A stretch of DNA of 33,494 nt from a virus (lineage: Duplodnaviria; Caudoviricetes): positions 1 to 33,494 of the IMG/VR virus record IMGVR_UViG_3300036779_000169; one strand, 5' to 3'. Below are positions 1-9,743 of the stretch, one piece after another; the stretch's first letter is position 1, and each line of letters starts with the position of its first letter. Under the pieces are notes generated by a model. The model was not told where the DNA came from and did no database searches. It saw only the letters and a program-made list of their open reading frames with translations. A program made the translations under genes and the position numbers.

Positions 1-163
1 CCGCTCCGTAACGTTCAGTCTCAAGGAGCCGCTTAATGAGCGCCCAGAGCCAGCTCTTGGCTTGGTCCGGGCTTTCGACCGTGTCGTCAATTTTGTAGAC
101 GGCTCGGACTAACTCTTCGTCGGTTCCTTCACCACACTCGCGACGAAACTGCACCAAATCCAT
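1..163 (-). CDS. Hypothetical protein, N-terminal part (runs off the window edge)
   Basis: ATG at 163 opens MDLVQFRRECGEGTDEELVRAVYKIDD... with no stop before position 1; overlaps the end of the HNH gene. Confidence 0.55.
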   Translation of the reverse strand, partial: MDLVQFRRECGEGTDEELVRAVYKIDDTVESPDQAKSWLWALIKRLLETERYGA

Positions 164-536
164 TGGCCGATTGTCTGGCTCGCCACTCCCTATGGCAAGT
201 CTTGCATCTTCCGTACGAACCGGTGTTTTCTGGCGTGCGCTCATGCCCTCGCGGGCAATGAGTCTTGTAGCGGTCGCAGTTCACTTGGTGGGTGACTATT
301 TTGAGATGGCCCGGATTCACACAATTACGTCGTCGGCATTGATGATCAGGTTCTAAGCCCATGGGGATGGGACCGAAAAGGCGTTGATATAGCCAACGGT
401 GGGCTATCGCGCTCCCAATGCCATCCCAAAAAACACCATAGCCTTGATGCAATGCTCCTTCCCAAACCCAGCAACCATCTGGGCTAAGTGTAACGAATTC
501 CCAGAACCTATAGTCAGGATCTTTTGATTTCGCCAT
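129..536 (-). CDS. HNH homing-type endonuclease with C-terminal Cys/His finger
   Basis: GCWVW..GYG..AHRWLY..PDHQCRRRNCVNPGHL and KTHCPRGH..ENT..CKTC motifs. Confidence 0.9.
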   Translation of the reverse strand: MAKSKDPDYRFWEFVTLSPDGCWVWEGALHQGYGVFWDGIGSAIAHRWLYQRLFGPIPMGLEPDHQCRRRNCVNPGHLKIVTHQVNCDRYKTHCPRGHERTPENTGSYGRCKTCHREWRARQSANGFGAVSSRVW

Positions 537-584
537 TCATCAGTTCTACCACAAGGCGGGCAAATTTCAGATTAGAAAAAAGAG

Positions 585-935
585 CTACTGCAATTCCAGA
601 TCGGTCAAGGACGGCATGGACTCTTCCGAAGAGGTGGGTGTAGGGAGCGCCGATTCTTGCGGCGACTTCCAGACTGTCATCAACTCGCCAGGGTAGTCGG
701 AGATCAGCTTTTGAGTGAAGGCCTCCTGCATCAGGCGGCGCATCCCGATCACCACCGATTCCCGCAGGTGATAAGCCCGATCCAGCGTGGTGCACAGAAT
801 CGGGCAGCTCACACTTGCTTCTACCATGTCCATCTCGTCCTCTAGGGTCAGGTTTAGCCATTGCCGGTCGCCCCTCACTTCTAACTCGATACTGAGCTTC
901 AGGCCTGAGGCCATCGGCGTTACGCCTGCACTCAT
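585..935 (-). CDS. Hypothetical protein
   Basis: 116-aa ORF coupled to the upstream gene. Confidence 0.6.
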   Translation of the reverse strand: MSAGVTPMASGLKLSIELEVRGDRQWLNLTLEDEMDMVEASVSCPILCTTLDRAYHLRESVVIGMRRLMQEAFTQKLISDYPGELMTVWKSPQESALPTPTSSEESMPSLTDLELQ

Positions 936-1237
936 TTAATGATCTTCGCTTCGCCGTTTCCACCTTGCATGGGTTCAAATCTGGTGATCAGCCGGAGTCC
1001 ACGTTTTGAGACGGTGGCTTCCCAGTCAGAACCCCATAGCTGATCCAGTGCGTGACGCAACGCATACTTTGCGCTGTTAGGCAGATTGTAAGTCCTAGTG
1101 AAATGCTCACTCACTAGCTCGTGAAGCTTTTCGCTGGCAGGAGGAAGGCGCTGGGCCAGGGCTGTCAGGAAAACAGCGACATCAATCGTCATCTTTTTCA
1201 TCTCCTCGTCTAGATCCTCGAAAGGAGACTTTTTCAT
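932..1237 (-). CDS. Hypothetical protein
   Basis: ATGA overlap at 1234-1237 suggests a start at MKKSPF. Confidence 0.65.
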   Translation of the reverse strand: MKKSPFEDLDEEMKKMTIDVAVFLTALAQRLPPASEKLHELVSEHFTRTYNLPNSAKYALRHALDQLWGSDWEATVSKRGLRLITRFEPMQGGNGEAKIIK

Positions 1238-1758
1238 GTTGCCCATATTTTGATCTGGTCCTCCGTTCCGAAAAGGTGCACGCAGCCTTTGCCGTTACGC
1301 AAATTGAATTGTCTTTGCTTAACTTTTTGACCCACGCTCACTCTGGGAGAAACCCTGCCTTCCTTGCGCGCTATAGCCCCTTGCTTTTGTTTGTAGACCA
1401 GAGTGCACGCACGATTAGGCCGATGAAACACGAAGCCTCCCGGCGGCACTTTCTCACCATGGTCAAAACGCATCAAATAATCGCGGGCGTACTTTTTAAC
1501 GGTGTAGCGCTCCATGATGGGCTGGCCCGCCTCATCCAGTGTTTGGATGTAGGCAATTGTCCGAAAAACAAAGACATTCGGCGCATCGAGAACCCGCTTT
1601 AAACAGCGGGCGTAAGCGCAGTTGACCGGCGATTCCTGGGTCGCCGCGTCGATGTCTTTCTGGTTAGGCTGAACGTGAATAGAGGCTCTCGCTTCCCTGA
1701 CCGGAATGCCTTTAAACATGCGGGCCTGGGTCCTCGAAGGCCTAGTCCTCCGTTTCAT
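1234..1758 (-). CDS. Hypothetical basic protein
   Basis: Long ORF, probable start MKRRTRP; start uncertain. Confidence 0.7.
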   Translation of the reverse strand: MKRRTRPSRTQARMFKGIPVREARASIHVQPNQKDIDAATQESPVNCAYARCLKRVLDAPNVFVFRTIAYIQTLDEAGQPIMERYTVKKYARDYLMRFDHGEKVPPGGFVFHRPNRACTLVYKQKQGAIARKEGRVSPRVSVGQKVKQRQFNLRNGKGCVHLFGTEDQIKIWAT

Positions 1759-2011
1759 TGGGGTGGATGGTTGTTTTCTGGGTTTTGTCTTTAGCATAAA
1801 GCTGCTGAAGTTTAGCAATGGACACTCCGTTCTTACGGAATCCCAGGGGCCGCTCTAAGCTGGCATCCTGTTCGTAGGCTTCGATCAAAAGCAGCCCGCA
1901 GATTCGGAAGAAATTGGTCGGATTGCCAAATTCGTAGTGCGTGACGGCACTACGCAGAAGATCTCTTTTCTCGTGTGGAAAAGAGACGTTCGTAAAAGAA
2001 TCAGAACGCAT
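1742..2011 (-). CDS. Small protein, possible ribbon-helix-helix regulator, leaderless
   Basis: SFTNVSFPHEKRDLLRSAV..PTNFFR strand-helix-helix pattern; ATG lies 7 nt after a -10 box. Confidence 0.55.
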   Translation of the reverse strand: MRSDSFTNVSFPHEKRDLLRSAVTHYEFGNPTNFFRICGLLLIEAYEQDASLERPLGFRKNGVSIAKLQQLYAKDKTQKTTIHPNETED

Positions 2012-2047
2012 GAACGCCACCCTAGAAGTGGGCAGGAGTGGCGTCAA
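2012..2047 (-). promoter_or_regulatory. Sigma70-type promoter giving a leaderless transcript
   Basis: Minus strand TTGACG-17 nt-TAGGGT-7 nt-ATG(2011). Confidence 0.65.
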
Positions 2048-2054
2048 GTGGATA

Positions 2055-2088
2055 AGAATTAAGAATTTTTAGAGATTTTTGCTGATTT
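2055..2088. repeat. Dispersed 34-bp motif, copy 1
   Basis: AGAATTAAGAATTTTTAGAGATTTTTGCTGATTT; matches copies at 22023 and (inverted) 33067. Confidence 0.85.
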
Positions 2089-2257
2089 TGAGGCACTTAT
2101 GCAGCAAAAACGCAGGCATTCTGCGAATTGAATGTAAAATGAAAAGCCGGTCCCGACCACATCCCTACTGTTTCTGTAATCCAGATTCCGTCCATGCAGG
2201 CCACCGGCCAAAGGGACGCCGCTATAGTGCCGAAGTAGCTCGCCGGAGAACCCGGAG

Positions 2258-2308
2258 AAAAAAGAATGCCCCGAAAGATTCATGAGCCTCGGGGCCAGGG
2301 CTCTTTTT
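2258..2308. terminator. Possible bidirectional intrinsic terminator
   Basis: GCCCCGA..TCGGGGC preceded by an A-run, and GAGCCTC..GGGGCTC followed by TTTTT. Confidence 0.5.
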
Positions 2309-2340
2309 ATCGTTGGCCACTTCCGGACCTGATAAAAGTG

Positions 2341-2529
2341 CTATGGAATCATGCCGCTGGCTCCGGTGCCACCTAAGCCGGTCAGGCCTGCGCCCAAGGT
2401 CGGGAGCTTGACTTTCTTCTTGCTTCCAAAGGGCGGAGCCATTGGAGGCGCTTTTCTGGAAGGAGGAGCTTTAGAAGCTGCTTTACGCTTCGGCGGAGCC
2501 TTTGATTTAGATTTCGATTTGCCTGCCAT
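2341..2529 (-). CDS. Small Lys/Ala/Pro-rich basic protein
   Basis: MAGKSKSKSKAPPKRKAASKAPP...; starts 1 nt after the upstream stop. Confidence 0.7.
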   Translation of the reverse strand: MAGKSKSKSKAPPKRKAASKAPPSRKAPPMAPPFGSKKKVKLPTLGAGLTGLGGTGASGMIP

Positions 2530-2530
2530 T

Positions 2531-2731
2531 CTATTTTTTCTTTCGGTAACCGCCCTTGGGTTTTTTAGCGATGTTATGCAGATCGCTGGGCGGAATACTT
2601 TTGGCGATCTTGCCAGCTGCCGTTTTAGACGAACCGCCACTTTCCTGCAGCCCGCGCGCAGTGCCGAAGAGCTTCTGCTGGGCTGGGGTGATCTTATGGC
2701 CTTTAATTGTCCCTTTTGCTTTTCCGGGCAC
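2531..2731 (-). CDS. Small basic protein, DUF3008-like
   Basis: PAQQKLFGTARG...KIAKSIPPSDLHNIAKKPK resembles the DUF3008 pattern (recalled, not searched). Confidence 0.6.
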   Translation of the reverse strand: MPGKAKGTIKGHKITPAQQKLFGTARGLQESGGSSKTAAGKIAKSIPPSDLHNIAKKPKGGYRKKK

Positions 2732-3134
2732 GCTGTTTGTTTCTTTCGTAGTGACAGGTCTTACACCGTCTCCATGGATCTCTTAATGTGTTTTCCAATG
2801 TATACGGGTGACCTTGGGGACAGTGAGTTTTACTCCTCTGATGTGCGCCAGTCAAACCTCGTTTGAGGTTCTCTTGAGTTGTTACCGGCTCAAGATGATC
2901 AGGATTAACGCAAGCTCGATTGCGGCAAAGATGGTCAGGCTCTAATCCAACTAGAATCGGTCCTCGGTAACGTTCGTAGGCCCACCGAGACGCAGATTGC
3001 GTCTTCCCATCTGCCCAAAACTGCCCGTACCCATCGTTCTTAGCAGCAGTCCAGATCATGCATCCGTTTTCGGGAAAGATCGGATCCAGCAGTTGAACCT
3101 TCTCCCAAAAACGTTCATCTGGATCTCGCTTCAC
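2703..3134 (-). CDS. HNH homing-type endonuclease (paralogue of 129-536)
   Basis: GCMIW..DGYGQFW..PDHLCRNRACVNPDHLE, KTHCPQGH..ENT..CKTC. Confidence 0.9.
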   Translation of the reverse strand: MKRDPDERFWEKVQLLDPIFPENGCMIWTAAKNDGYGQFWADGKTQSASRWAYERYRGPILVGLEPDHLCRNRACVNPDHLEPVTTQENLKRGLTGAHQRSKTHCPQGHPYTLENTLRDPWRRCKTCHYERNKQRARKSKRDN

Positions 3135-3430
3135 GAGGCAAAAATGTATGCCGGTTGCGGCGTGTGACTGGTATCGATTCGGCCTTGCACGTCTTCCAAA
3201 AAGATCGCGTCCTGGCCTGCCGCTAAACTGGCGACCCAGGCCGGAGTCATCAGGGTTGCAGGCCTCGAGAGCGGATTTTGGATCAGGGTATAGGGATCGA
3301 ATTGTTTGCGCAGTGCGATCAGGGTTTGCAGCGCAGTAGGGTTAGGAGAACCGACCGGAGTGAGATATCCGGCGCTTAGTTTCTGGGTGTCGCCAAGGAT
3401 TGCGAGAAGTTCATTGAGTGTACCATTCAT
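3131..3430 (-). CDS. Hypothetical protein
   Basis: 99-aa ORF, first gene of the leftward block, GTGA overlap with the HNH gene. Confidence 0.7.
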   Translation of the reverse strand: MNGTLNELLAILGDTQKLSAGYLTPVGSPNPTALQTLIALRKQFDPYTLIQNPLSRPATLMTPAWVASLAAGQDAIFLEDVQGRIDTSHTPQPAYIFAS

Positions 3431-3514
3431 AACACTGGACTTTTACTCCTCTCACTGCCTAAAGTGAAGCTCTTGAAGAACTAGCTGGCCTTTCCTCTCC
3501 GCTCATAGAGAAAA

Positions 3515-5014
3515 GTGTCCAACTTTTTTAAGGTCGCTTCCGCTTCGCAGCTGCCGCCTATCGATGGAGTTAGCGTCTTTGTCGGTGACCTGGGCTACAC
3601 GCTCGATGACGGAGGTTTTTGGGACGCAGCGCAGCCTTCGGCCCCTCCCGGTGCAGTTCCTATCTGGAGCTTTGTGGACGTCTTGCGCGGGCCTCCCGGC
3701 CCACAAGGCGAAGTGGGTGTAGGTCTACCCGGACCCCAAGGTCAGATCGGGCCTCCGGGTTTAATGGGCGGGAGAGGGCCGCAAGGTCCGGCGGGCAAGA
3801 ATTCGATCAGCAATCTAGCCCAGGCGATCACTATCCCTTGTGTAGGAGATCCGCCTTACACGATCCACGTCACGGACACTTCTTGGATGAGTGCCGGGAT
3901 GCTGATCTTTCTCCCAGGAGCCGGGACCTTTACCGTGATCGGCGCGCCGATTGATCAGTTCACGGTCCAGATTATTAATAGCGGCGACCCAAATAACACG
4001 CCTTGTGGGACCATGCTGGGGGCCGGAGCCAGTGTTAGCGCGGCTAACTTGCGGGGGCCAACGGGCGCTCAAGGAGTTGCTGGTCCCACGGGGCCTCCTG
4101 GCCCGCAAGGAGTCGGGGGAGCGAGTGTCTTCTCGACTTTAGCCCAGGCTTTCACCGTTCCCGCAGTCGGAGCGAGCGCCGTCGCCTTTGTCCAAAACTC
4201 GACTCCCTTTTCGGCGGGCCAGATCATCTATATCGAAGCGGGTGACTATTTCAGCGTCCAGAGTACTAACAACACTAACAATTCGCTGGATATCACCAAC
4301 CAGGGTTATCCCGGCGGCGCGCCTGAAGGCACCGTATTACCGACCGGTAACAATGTCTCTGCCACGGGCCCGCAGGGTCCTCAGGGTCCCGCTGGGATCG
4401 CGGGGCCGCAAGGGCCGCAAGGACTCATGGGAGTGGCTCCGACCGGCTCTATTTTTATGTGGCCGACTCCGACTCCTCCGGGCGGCTTTCTTGTGCTAAA
4501 CGGAGCTGCGGTTGGCCGCACAGCCTATCCTAATCTTTTCGCGATCCTTGGAACTAGTTTCGGGGCTGGGGATGGCACCAGTACCTTTAACTTGCCTAAC
4601 TTCAGTAACGGCTTTTTCCCCATCGGCGCAGGAGCTAGTTATCCTTTAGCTAGTACCGTAGGAAGTCCAGGCTACATAGGCGAAGCGAAACACACGCTGG
4701 TTACTGCAGAACTCTCTGCTCATAACCATCCGGTTACGGTGGCCCCGCACTCCCATACTGCAAGCAGTCCTCCGCACGCACATACAGCCCCGGTGCCCTA
4801 CAATCAGAATGCTCAATTTGTAACCCAAGGAGGAGCTTCACAAGTTGCCGAGCCGGGAGCTGTACACAATATCACGATCACAACCGATCCGGCTACGGTC
4901 AGTGTTGCGGTTGCCGCAGCGACTGCTACGGCCACAACCACTAACACTGGCGGTGGAGCTGGTCACAATAACATCCCGCCTTACCTGGCTATTAACTTCA
5001 TTATTAAGACGTGA
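3515..5014 (+). CDS. Collagen-repeat tail fibre with phage tail-collar domain
   Basis: Three Gly-X-Y runs; [41 protein letters not shown] collar; [15 protein letters not shown] end. Confidence 0.9.
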   Translation: MSNFFKVASASQLPPIDGVSVFVGDLGYTLDDGGFWDAAQPSAPPGAVPIWSFVDVLRGPPGPQGEVGVGLPGPQGQIGPPGLMGGRGPQGPAGKNSISNLAQAITIPCVGDPPYTIHVTDTSWMSAGMLIFLPGAGTFTVIGAPIDQFTVQIINSGDPNNTPCGTMLGAGASVSAANLRGPTGAQGVAGPTGPPGPQGVGGASVFSTLAQAFTVPAVGASAVAFVQNSTPFSAGQIIYIEAGDYFSVQSTNNTNNSLDITNQGYPGGAPEGTVLPTGNNVSATGPQGPQGPAGIAGPQGPQGLMGVAPTGSIFMWPTPTPPGGFLVLNGAAVGRTAYPNLFAILGTSFGAGDGTSTFNLPNFSNGFFPIGAGASYPLASTVGSPGYIGEAKHTLVTAELSAHNHPVTVAPHSHTASSPPHAHTAPVPYNQNAQFVTQGGASQVAEPGAVHNITITTDPATVSVAVAAATATATTTNTGGGAGHNNIPPYLAINFIIKT

Positions 5015-7758
5015 GCAGCGGCACCCAATATACGGTTAGTCCTATGCAGCCTGGAGTCAGGCCGCAAGATCCGCCTGACTATGACGGGATCAGTTTTGTT
5101 TACGTTTTTACTAATGTTCTGACGCCCTGGACCCAGCCTCCGGTAAACGGGAATGTCGGCTTATCGGTTGCTAACTCTCAAGGCTTTGTTCCTGGGATGA
5201 CCATTACGATTGGGGACGGCAATGGAGGCAGCGCCGGATACTACGAAGTGGTCGACACTCCGACCGTTGGCCAGATGACGGTCATGAATTTCGGCACCAC
5301 TTACAATGCGCCTCCCGGCACTGGCTTTGGTCCCGATAAAATTACAACTACCTCGCTCCCCGGTCCACCCGGCGGAATCGGTCCACAAGGACCGGTGGGG
5401 CCGCTTGGGCCACCGGGTCCTCCGCTAAATCCCAAAGGCACCGTTGCCACCAGTGCCAACCTACCGACTAGCGGCAACGCTGATGGCGATCTGTGGATCG
5501 CAGCCGATACCGGCCATGGCTGGAGCTGGAACGGAAGTGCTTGGATTGATACCGGGCCTTACCGAGGGCCAAGCGGCCCAACTGGCCCAATTGGGCCGCA
5601 AGGCGTTCAAGGAACTCAAGGCAATCAGGGCAACCCAGGGCCTCAAGGCAATCAAGGCCCAACTGGCCCTGCTGGGACCCAGGGAATTCAAGGGCCCCAA
5701 GGCAATCCGGGGACTCCCGGCGCTACGGGGCCACCCGGACCTCCCGGCGGCGCTAGTGCTTATACTACCTTAAGTGCGGCCTTCACCATGCCAGCGGTCA
5801 ACGCGACGGGCGTAGCTAGTGTCGCTAGCGGTGGAGCAGCCCAATTTAATCTCGGCGGCATTGTCTACATCGCGCCCATTGGGTACTTAACGATCACTGC
5901 GGTCAATACCGGTACTAACCAGCTTACGCTGCAAAATCTCGGTTATAGCGTAAACCAAGCTCCGGGCTCAATTGCTTCTAGCGGAGCTACTCTGACTGGC
6001 ACCGGTCCCGCTGGCCCCGCTGGCAGCACTGGGGCAACTGGAGCCGCTGGCCCAGCCGGAGCAGCCGCTACTGCAAATGCTGGCACCACTACTACGGGCG
6101 CGGCTGGCACTAATGCCAATGTCGTCAATGTCGGGACTCCGCAAGCAGCCGTATTTAATTTTACTATCCCGCAAGGCATCCAGGGAGTCCAAGGCGTCCA
6201 AGGAACTACCGGGGCAGCTGGTCCGGCAGGCGCTACCGGGAGCCAAGGCCCAGCAGGCGCTACCGGCAGTCAAGGTCCAGCCGGGGTTAACGCTTACACG
6301 CTGACCAGTGCTCAATTTACGGTGCCTCCAGTTGGGGGCACGGTAGTAGTCACCTTCCAGAATGCGTCCTGGCTAGTGCTCGGACAATACGTCGAGGTAA
6401 AAACCGCCGGAGGAACCTCAGTCTCAGGCACCCTCCAAGTTACGGCGATTAATGGCAACCAAGTCACCCTGCTTAATCCTTCGATTCCCTCTCTAGCCTT
6501 AGCTAACACCACGGCAGCTGGACTGCTCGTTCAGGTAAGTGGTAATGCCACCGATTATGTGGGTGGCGATAATGCCTGCCATTCCTTTCCCCCTGAGGCG
6601 GTCAGCGCGGACGCTGGCAACCTAGCCACCATCGGGAGCGATTCACTGATCTCGGTTCCGCAAAGTTCCATCTGGAGTGTGCGGCTGCGCAGCTTTAACG
6701 CTGTGGGCAATCCCAATTTCGAAGTGGATCAACGCAATGTCGGAAACATTGTTACCGCACCGGGAACAAGTACTACCGTCGTTGATAGATGGAACCTCAA
6801 TAAAGCTAGTTCAGTCACACTAGTTACAAGCGGTGGTCAAGTAGGATCAACTGGTGATGTGGTTTTACCCGGAACGAATTTCCGAATCTCACGGTCGTAT
6901 TTCCGCATTACACTGACAACCGCACAAGCGACCCTTGGGGCGGGTGATTGGCTACAGCTTTCGCAATTGGTTGAAGGTCCAAATTTTCGAGAATTACAAT
7001 ATGATATTCATTCGGTTTCGCTTTTGGTTCGATCCAGTGTTGCCGGGTTAAAATTTTCTGTTGCATTGCGTGATCCGGCAACGGTCACAACTTCACTGTG
7101 CAACCTTGCCACTATTCCGAATGCAAACACTTGGACCTTGATACCATTTCCGAATCTTCCGGCGTTTCCAAGTGCGGGAAATTTTACAGCACAGCCGGGA
7201 GTTAACGGCCTGCAATGCGGAATTTGTCTCGCCGCAGGTTCAACCATGATGTCTCCAGCAAACGGTACTTGGCAAAATGGTAATTTTTTGGGTGCAGTTG
7301 GAATGAGCAATTTCGCAGCCAGTCCGGTCAATTCGACATTTGATATAGCTTTCATCCAGCACGAGCCGGGAGCAGTTTGCACAACTCCGATAGATAAACC
7401 CTTCAATCAGAATTACGACGAATGCCTGCGCTATTTTCAGAAAACTTATTCCTATAACACAGCATTAGGGACTGTTACTACCGCTGGAGTCAGGGTATTA
7501 ATTAGTCCAACTGCTACTGCCTCCGGGTTTGGCCCATTGAGTTTCCATAAGCCGATGTCCAAAATACCAACTATAACTATATATAATCATGTGACTGGTG
7601 CGGTGAATTCTGTTCGAGACGTTAGTGGTGTCGATCACACGGGTGCTCTTGCAACTGCCTTACTTGGCGAAACTGGATTTGCGCAGATCCAGTTTACTAC
7701 GGCATTAACTGGACCATCCTGGATTTATGCTCATTACGCCGCCGACACCGGCTGGTAA
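5011..7758 (+). CDS. Long collagen-repeat tail fibre / receptor-binding protein
   Basis: Long GXY tracts, repeated beta modules, C-terminal [20 protein letters not shown] fibre-type domain. Confidence 0.85.
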   Translation: MSSGTQYTVSPMQPGVRPQDPPDYDGISFVYVFTNVLTPWTQPPVNGNVGLSVANSQGFVPGMTITIGDGNGGSAGYYEVVDTPTVGQMTVMNFGTTYNAPPGTGFGPDKITTTSLPGPPGGIGPQGPVGPLGPPGPPLNPKGTVATSANLPTSGNADGDLWIAADTGHGWSWNGSAWIDTGPYRGPSGPTGPIGPQGVQGTQGNQGNPGPQGNQGPTGPAGTQGIQGPQGNPGTPGATGPPGPPGGASAYTTLSAAFTMPAVNATGVASVASGGAAQFNLGGIVYIAPIGYLTITAVNTGTNQLTLQNLGYSVNQAPGSIASSGATLTGTGPAGPAGSTGATGAAGPAGAAATANAGTTTTGAAGTNANVVNVGTPQAAVFNFTIPQGIQGVQGVQGTTGAAGPAGATGSQGPAGATGSQGPAGVNAYTLTSAQFTVPPVGGTVVVTFQNASWLVLGQYVEVKTAGGTSVSGTLQVTAINGNQVTLLNPSIPSLALANTTAAGLLVQVSGNATDYVGGDNACHSFPPEAVSADAGNLATIGSDSLISVPQSSIWSVRLRSFNAVGNPNFEVDQRNVGNIVTAPGTSTTVVDRWNLNKASSVTLVTSGGQVGSTGDVVLPGTNFRISRSYFRITLTTAQATLGAGDWLQLSQLVEGPNFRELQYDIHSVSLLVRSSVAGLKFSVALRDPATVTTSLCNLATIPNANTWTLIPFPNLPAFPSAGNFTAQPGVNGLQCGICLAAGSTMMSPANGTWQNGNFLGAVGMSNFAASPVNSTFDIAFIQHEPGAVCTTPIDKPFNQNYDECLRYFQKTYSYNTALGTVTTAGVRVLISPTATASGFGPLSFHKPMSKIPTITIYNHVTGAVNSVRDVSGVDHTGALATALLGETGFAQIQFTTALTGPSWIYAHYAADTGW

Positions 7759-7767
7759 CCTAATTTT

Positions 7768-9159
7768 ATGCCCGCAGCAATCCCAGGAACAGTAGTAGCA
7801 AGCGGAGCCGGAGTCGGCCCCGGCGGGGATATCGGTTCACCGGGGGCAACGGGTCAGACGGGTACGGCGGGCGATGCTCAAGAAGTTGGTTCCATCAAGG
7901 CATGGCCGAGTGTTACGCCTCCAGCCAGCTGGGCATTAATGGATGGAAGCGCTGTCTCGCGCACGCTCTATCCGGCTCTCTTTACTTTGATCGGGACCAC
8001 CTTCGGAACTGGGGACGGGTCGACTACCTTTAATCTGCCCGATGCCAGGAGCCGGTTCCTCTTGCCTGCTGGACAGGGCGCTAGTCTAACTAATCGGATA
8101 TTGGCGGCTACCGGCGGCGAGGAAAATCACCAGTTAACTGTTGCCGAGCTAGCGCAGCATTCGCATGGCATAAATGCGTCATCAGTATCCGGTGCTAGCG
8201 GTTCAGCGGTAAGTGTTGTGGCGGGCACCAATACCCAAACCGGCGTTACTGGATCAAACACGCCGCACAACAACATGCCGCCTTTCTTGGTGCTGACCTA
8301 CATCATTAAGGTCTCACCCACGGGCGGTCCCACCGCCCAGGCTCCGATTGCGGATACGACTCAACCTGGGTTACTGAACAAGGTCAGCGGTAACGTCCTT
8401 GATTATATCGGCGGGGATAATGCTAGCCATCCTCTGATCGCGCCGACCATTGAGTACTACGATCAGGAGGATTTCATGACGCTTGTCCCAGGTGGCACGA
8501 ATATCTATGCGAGCAAGCTATTCCTTTGTCAGTATAGCGGAGGCACGGGCGCGGTCGTTGCACTTTATGTTGCTAATATTTATGATGGTCACCCCGGTGT
8601 TCTGCAACTTGCGCCCGGAACTACAGCTAGTAGTTGGGCTCGGGCCCATATGCAGGGCGCTGTGCTGATTAATGCCAACCTAACGCTCACGATCGAGGGC
8701 ATCATGACCCCGAGCAATGGTTCTTTTGCCGGGAATAACCAATACTTTTTCGGATTAGCGAGCAGTGCCGGTCCTGTAATCGCCGCTACTCAGTCTTATG
8801 CCGGTTTCTACGCTAATGCCGCTGTCGGTCCCAATTGGTATATGTATACCAGAAATTTGGCTGTTCTAGCCGATAATATTGACACGGGTATTCCAGTGAC
8901 CACTGCTGTGAATTTTCACAAATTTAAGATAGTTGCGACCCTTGGCTCAATTAGTTTTTATATTGATGATGTCTTGATTGGTACTACAACCGACAATTCA
9001 GTTCCGACCGCGACTGCGGTCTTATATGTCTGCTTTTTTACTAACAACGGCTCAGGTGCTCTCAACTATTCGCTTTTTGTCGATTGCTTTGATATCTGGA
9101 CTCAGCCGGTAGCGCAATCCGGCCAAAGCCCAACCCGCTTCATGCGCAGCATTAGATAA
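7768..9159 (+). CDS. Tail-collar domain fibre with C-terminal lectin-like beta domain
   Basis: VGSIKAW..WALMDG..SRTLYPALF.LIGT.FG.GDGSTTFNLPD collar; C-terminus FHKFKI..ISFYIDDVLIG is LamG/ConA-like. Confidence 0.85.
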   Translation: MPAAIPGTVVASGAGVGPGGDIGSPGATGQTGTAGDAQEVGSIKAWPSVTPPASWALMDGSAVSRTLYPALFTLIGTTFGTGDGSTTFNLPDARSRFLLPAGQGASLTNRILAATGGEENHQLTVAELAQHSHGINASSVSGASGSAVSVVAGTNTQTGVTGSNTPHNNMPPFLVLTYIIKVSPTGGPTAQAPIADTTQPGLLNKVSGNVLDYIGGDNASHPLIAPTIEYYDQEDFMTLVPGGTNIYASKLFLCQYSGGTGAVVALYVANIYDGHPGVLQLAPGTTASSWARAHMQGAVLINANLTLTIEGIMTPSNGSFAGNNQYFFGLASSAGPVIAATQSYAGFYANAAVGPNWYMYTRNLAVLADNIDTGIPVTTAVNFHKFKIVATLGSISFYIDDVLIGTTTDNSVPTATAVLYVCFFTNNGSGALNYSLFVDCFDIWTQPVAQSGQSPTRFMRSIR

Positions 9160-9163
9160 AACT

Positions 9164-9514
9164 ATGAACGAAGACCCACAAGTTGAGGCGACCACCTTTG
9201 TGCCGCCTCCATTCCCAACGTGGCCACCACCTTCGGGCGGTGCGCCGGTTACGACCCCGGAAATGGGGCCAGTTACTAATCCTTATCCCTACGGGAGCCC
9301 GCAACCGGCGAATATCTCGACGGTGCAGCCGCCCCCGCCCTACAACGCGATCAAGTACCCTCAACGTTACGGGGTCGGCACTAGCGGCCAGAACCAGCCC
9401 CAGCAGCTCCCGCCGGTTAACCGGCCTTGGGAGACCGGGCCTTTGAAAGCCGACCCTAAAATCAGTCAGATTAGCCCAGCGCCGATTATGGGGCCAGGAT
9501 CAAGCGGAACCTAA
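9164..9514 (+). CDS. Pro-rich protein
   Basis: PPFPTWPPPSGG and PWETGP motifs shared with neighbours. Confidence 0.75.
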   Translation: MNEDPQVEATTFVPPPFPTWPPPSGGAPVTTPEMGPVTNPYPYGSPQPANISTVQPPPPYNAIKYPQRYGVGTSGQNQPQQLPPVNRPWETGPLKADPKISQISPAPIMGPGSSGT

Positions 9515-9518
9515 GCTT

Positions 9519-9743
9519 ATGGCTAACCCAATTACTCCAGCAGCCGGTCAACCCGGCCTGCCGCCTTTTCCAGTTTGGCCACCACCTAGCGGGGGCTATC
9601 CGGTTACCAGATGGGAATCGGGCCCGGTTGCTGGGACTCCCGCGCCAGGAACAACTTTCCCGGCTGGCAGCTACATCGACGGTTTAGGCAGCGTGGTTAC
9701 GCCTACAGGCGTTGTGCGTACGATTGGAGGACTAGGAAATTGA
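9519..9743 (+). CDS. Pro-rich protein (paralogue)
   Basis: PPFPVWPPPSGGYPVT. Confidence 0.75.
   Translation: MANPITPAAGQPGLPPFPVWPPPSGGYPVTRWESGPVAGTPAPGTTFPAGSYIDGLGSVVTPTGVVRTIGGLGN

Noticed and set aside
514-978. Alternative overlapping ORF (154 aa)
   Set aside because: Overlaps the coupled gene 585-935 almost entirely; its C-terminal part looks protein-like but has no good internal start.
3503-7406. Many antisense or alternate-frame ORFs over collagen and Pro-rich genes
   Set aside because: Shadow ORFs expected from GC-rich repetitive codons.
5011-9159. Diversity-generating retroelement target in the tail fibres
   Set aside because: No reverse transcriptase and no TR/VR pair differing at adenines was seen in this window.
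9611-9743. Programmed -1 frameshift fusing Pro-rich genes 2 and 3
   Set aside because: No canonical slippery heptamer; a TTGA start/stop overlap explains the arrangement.
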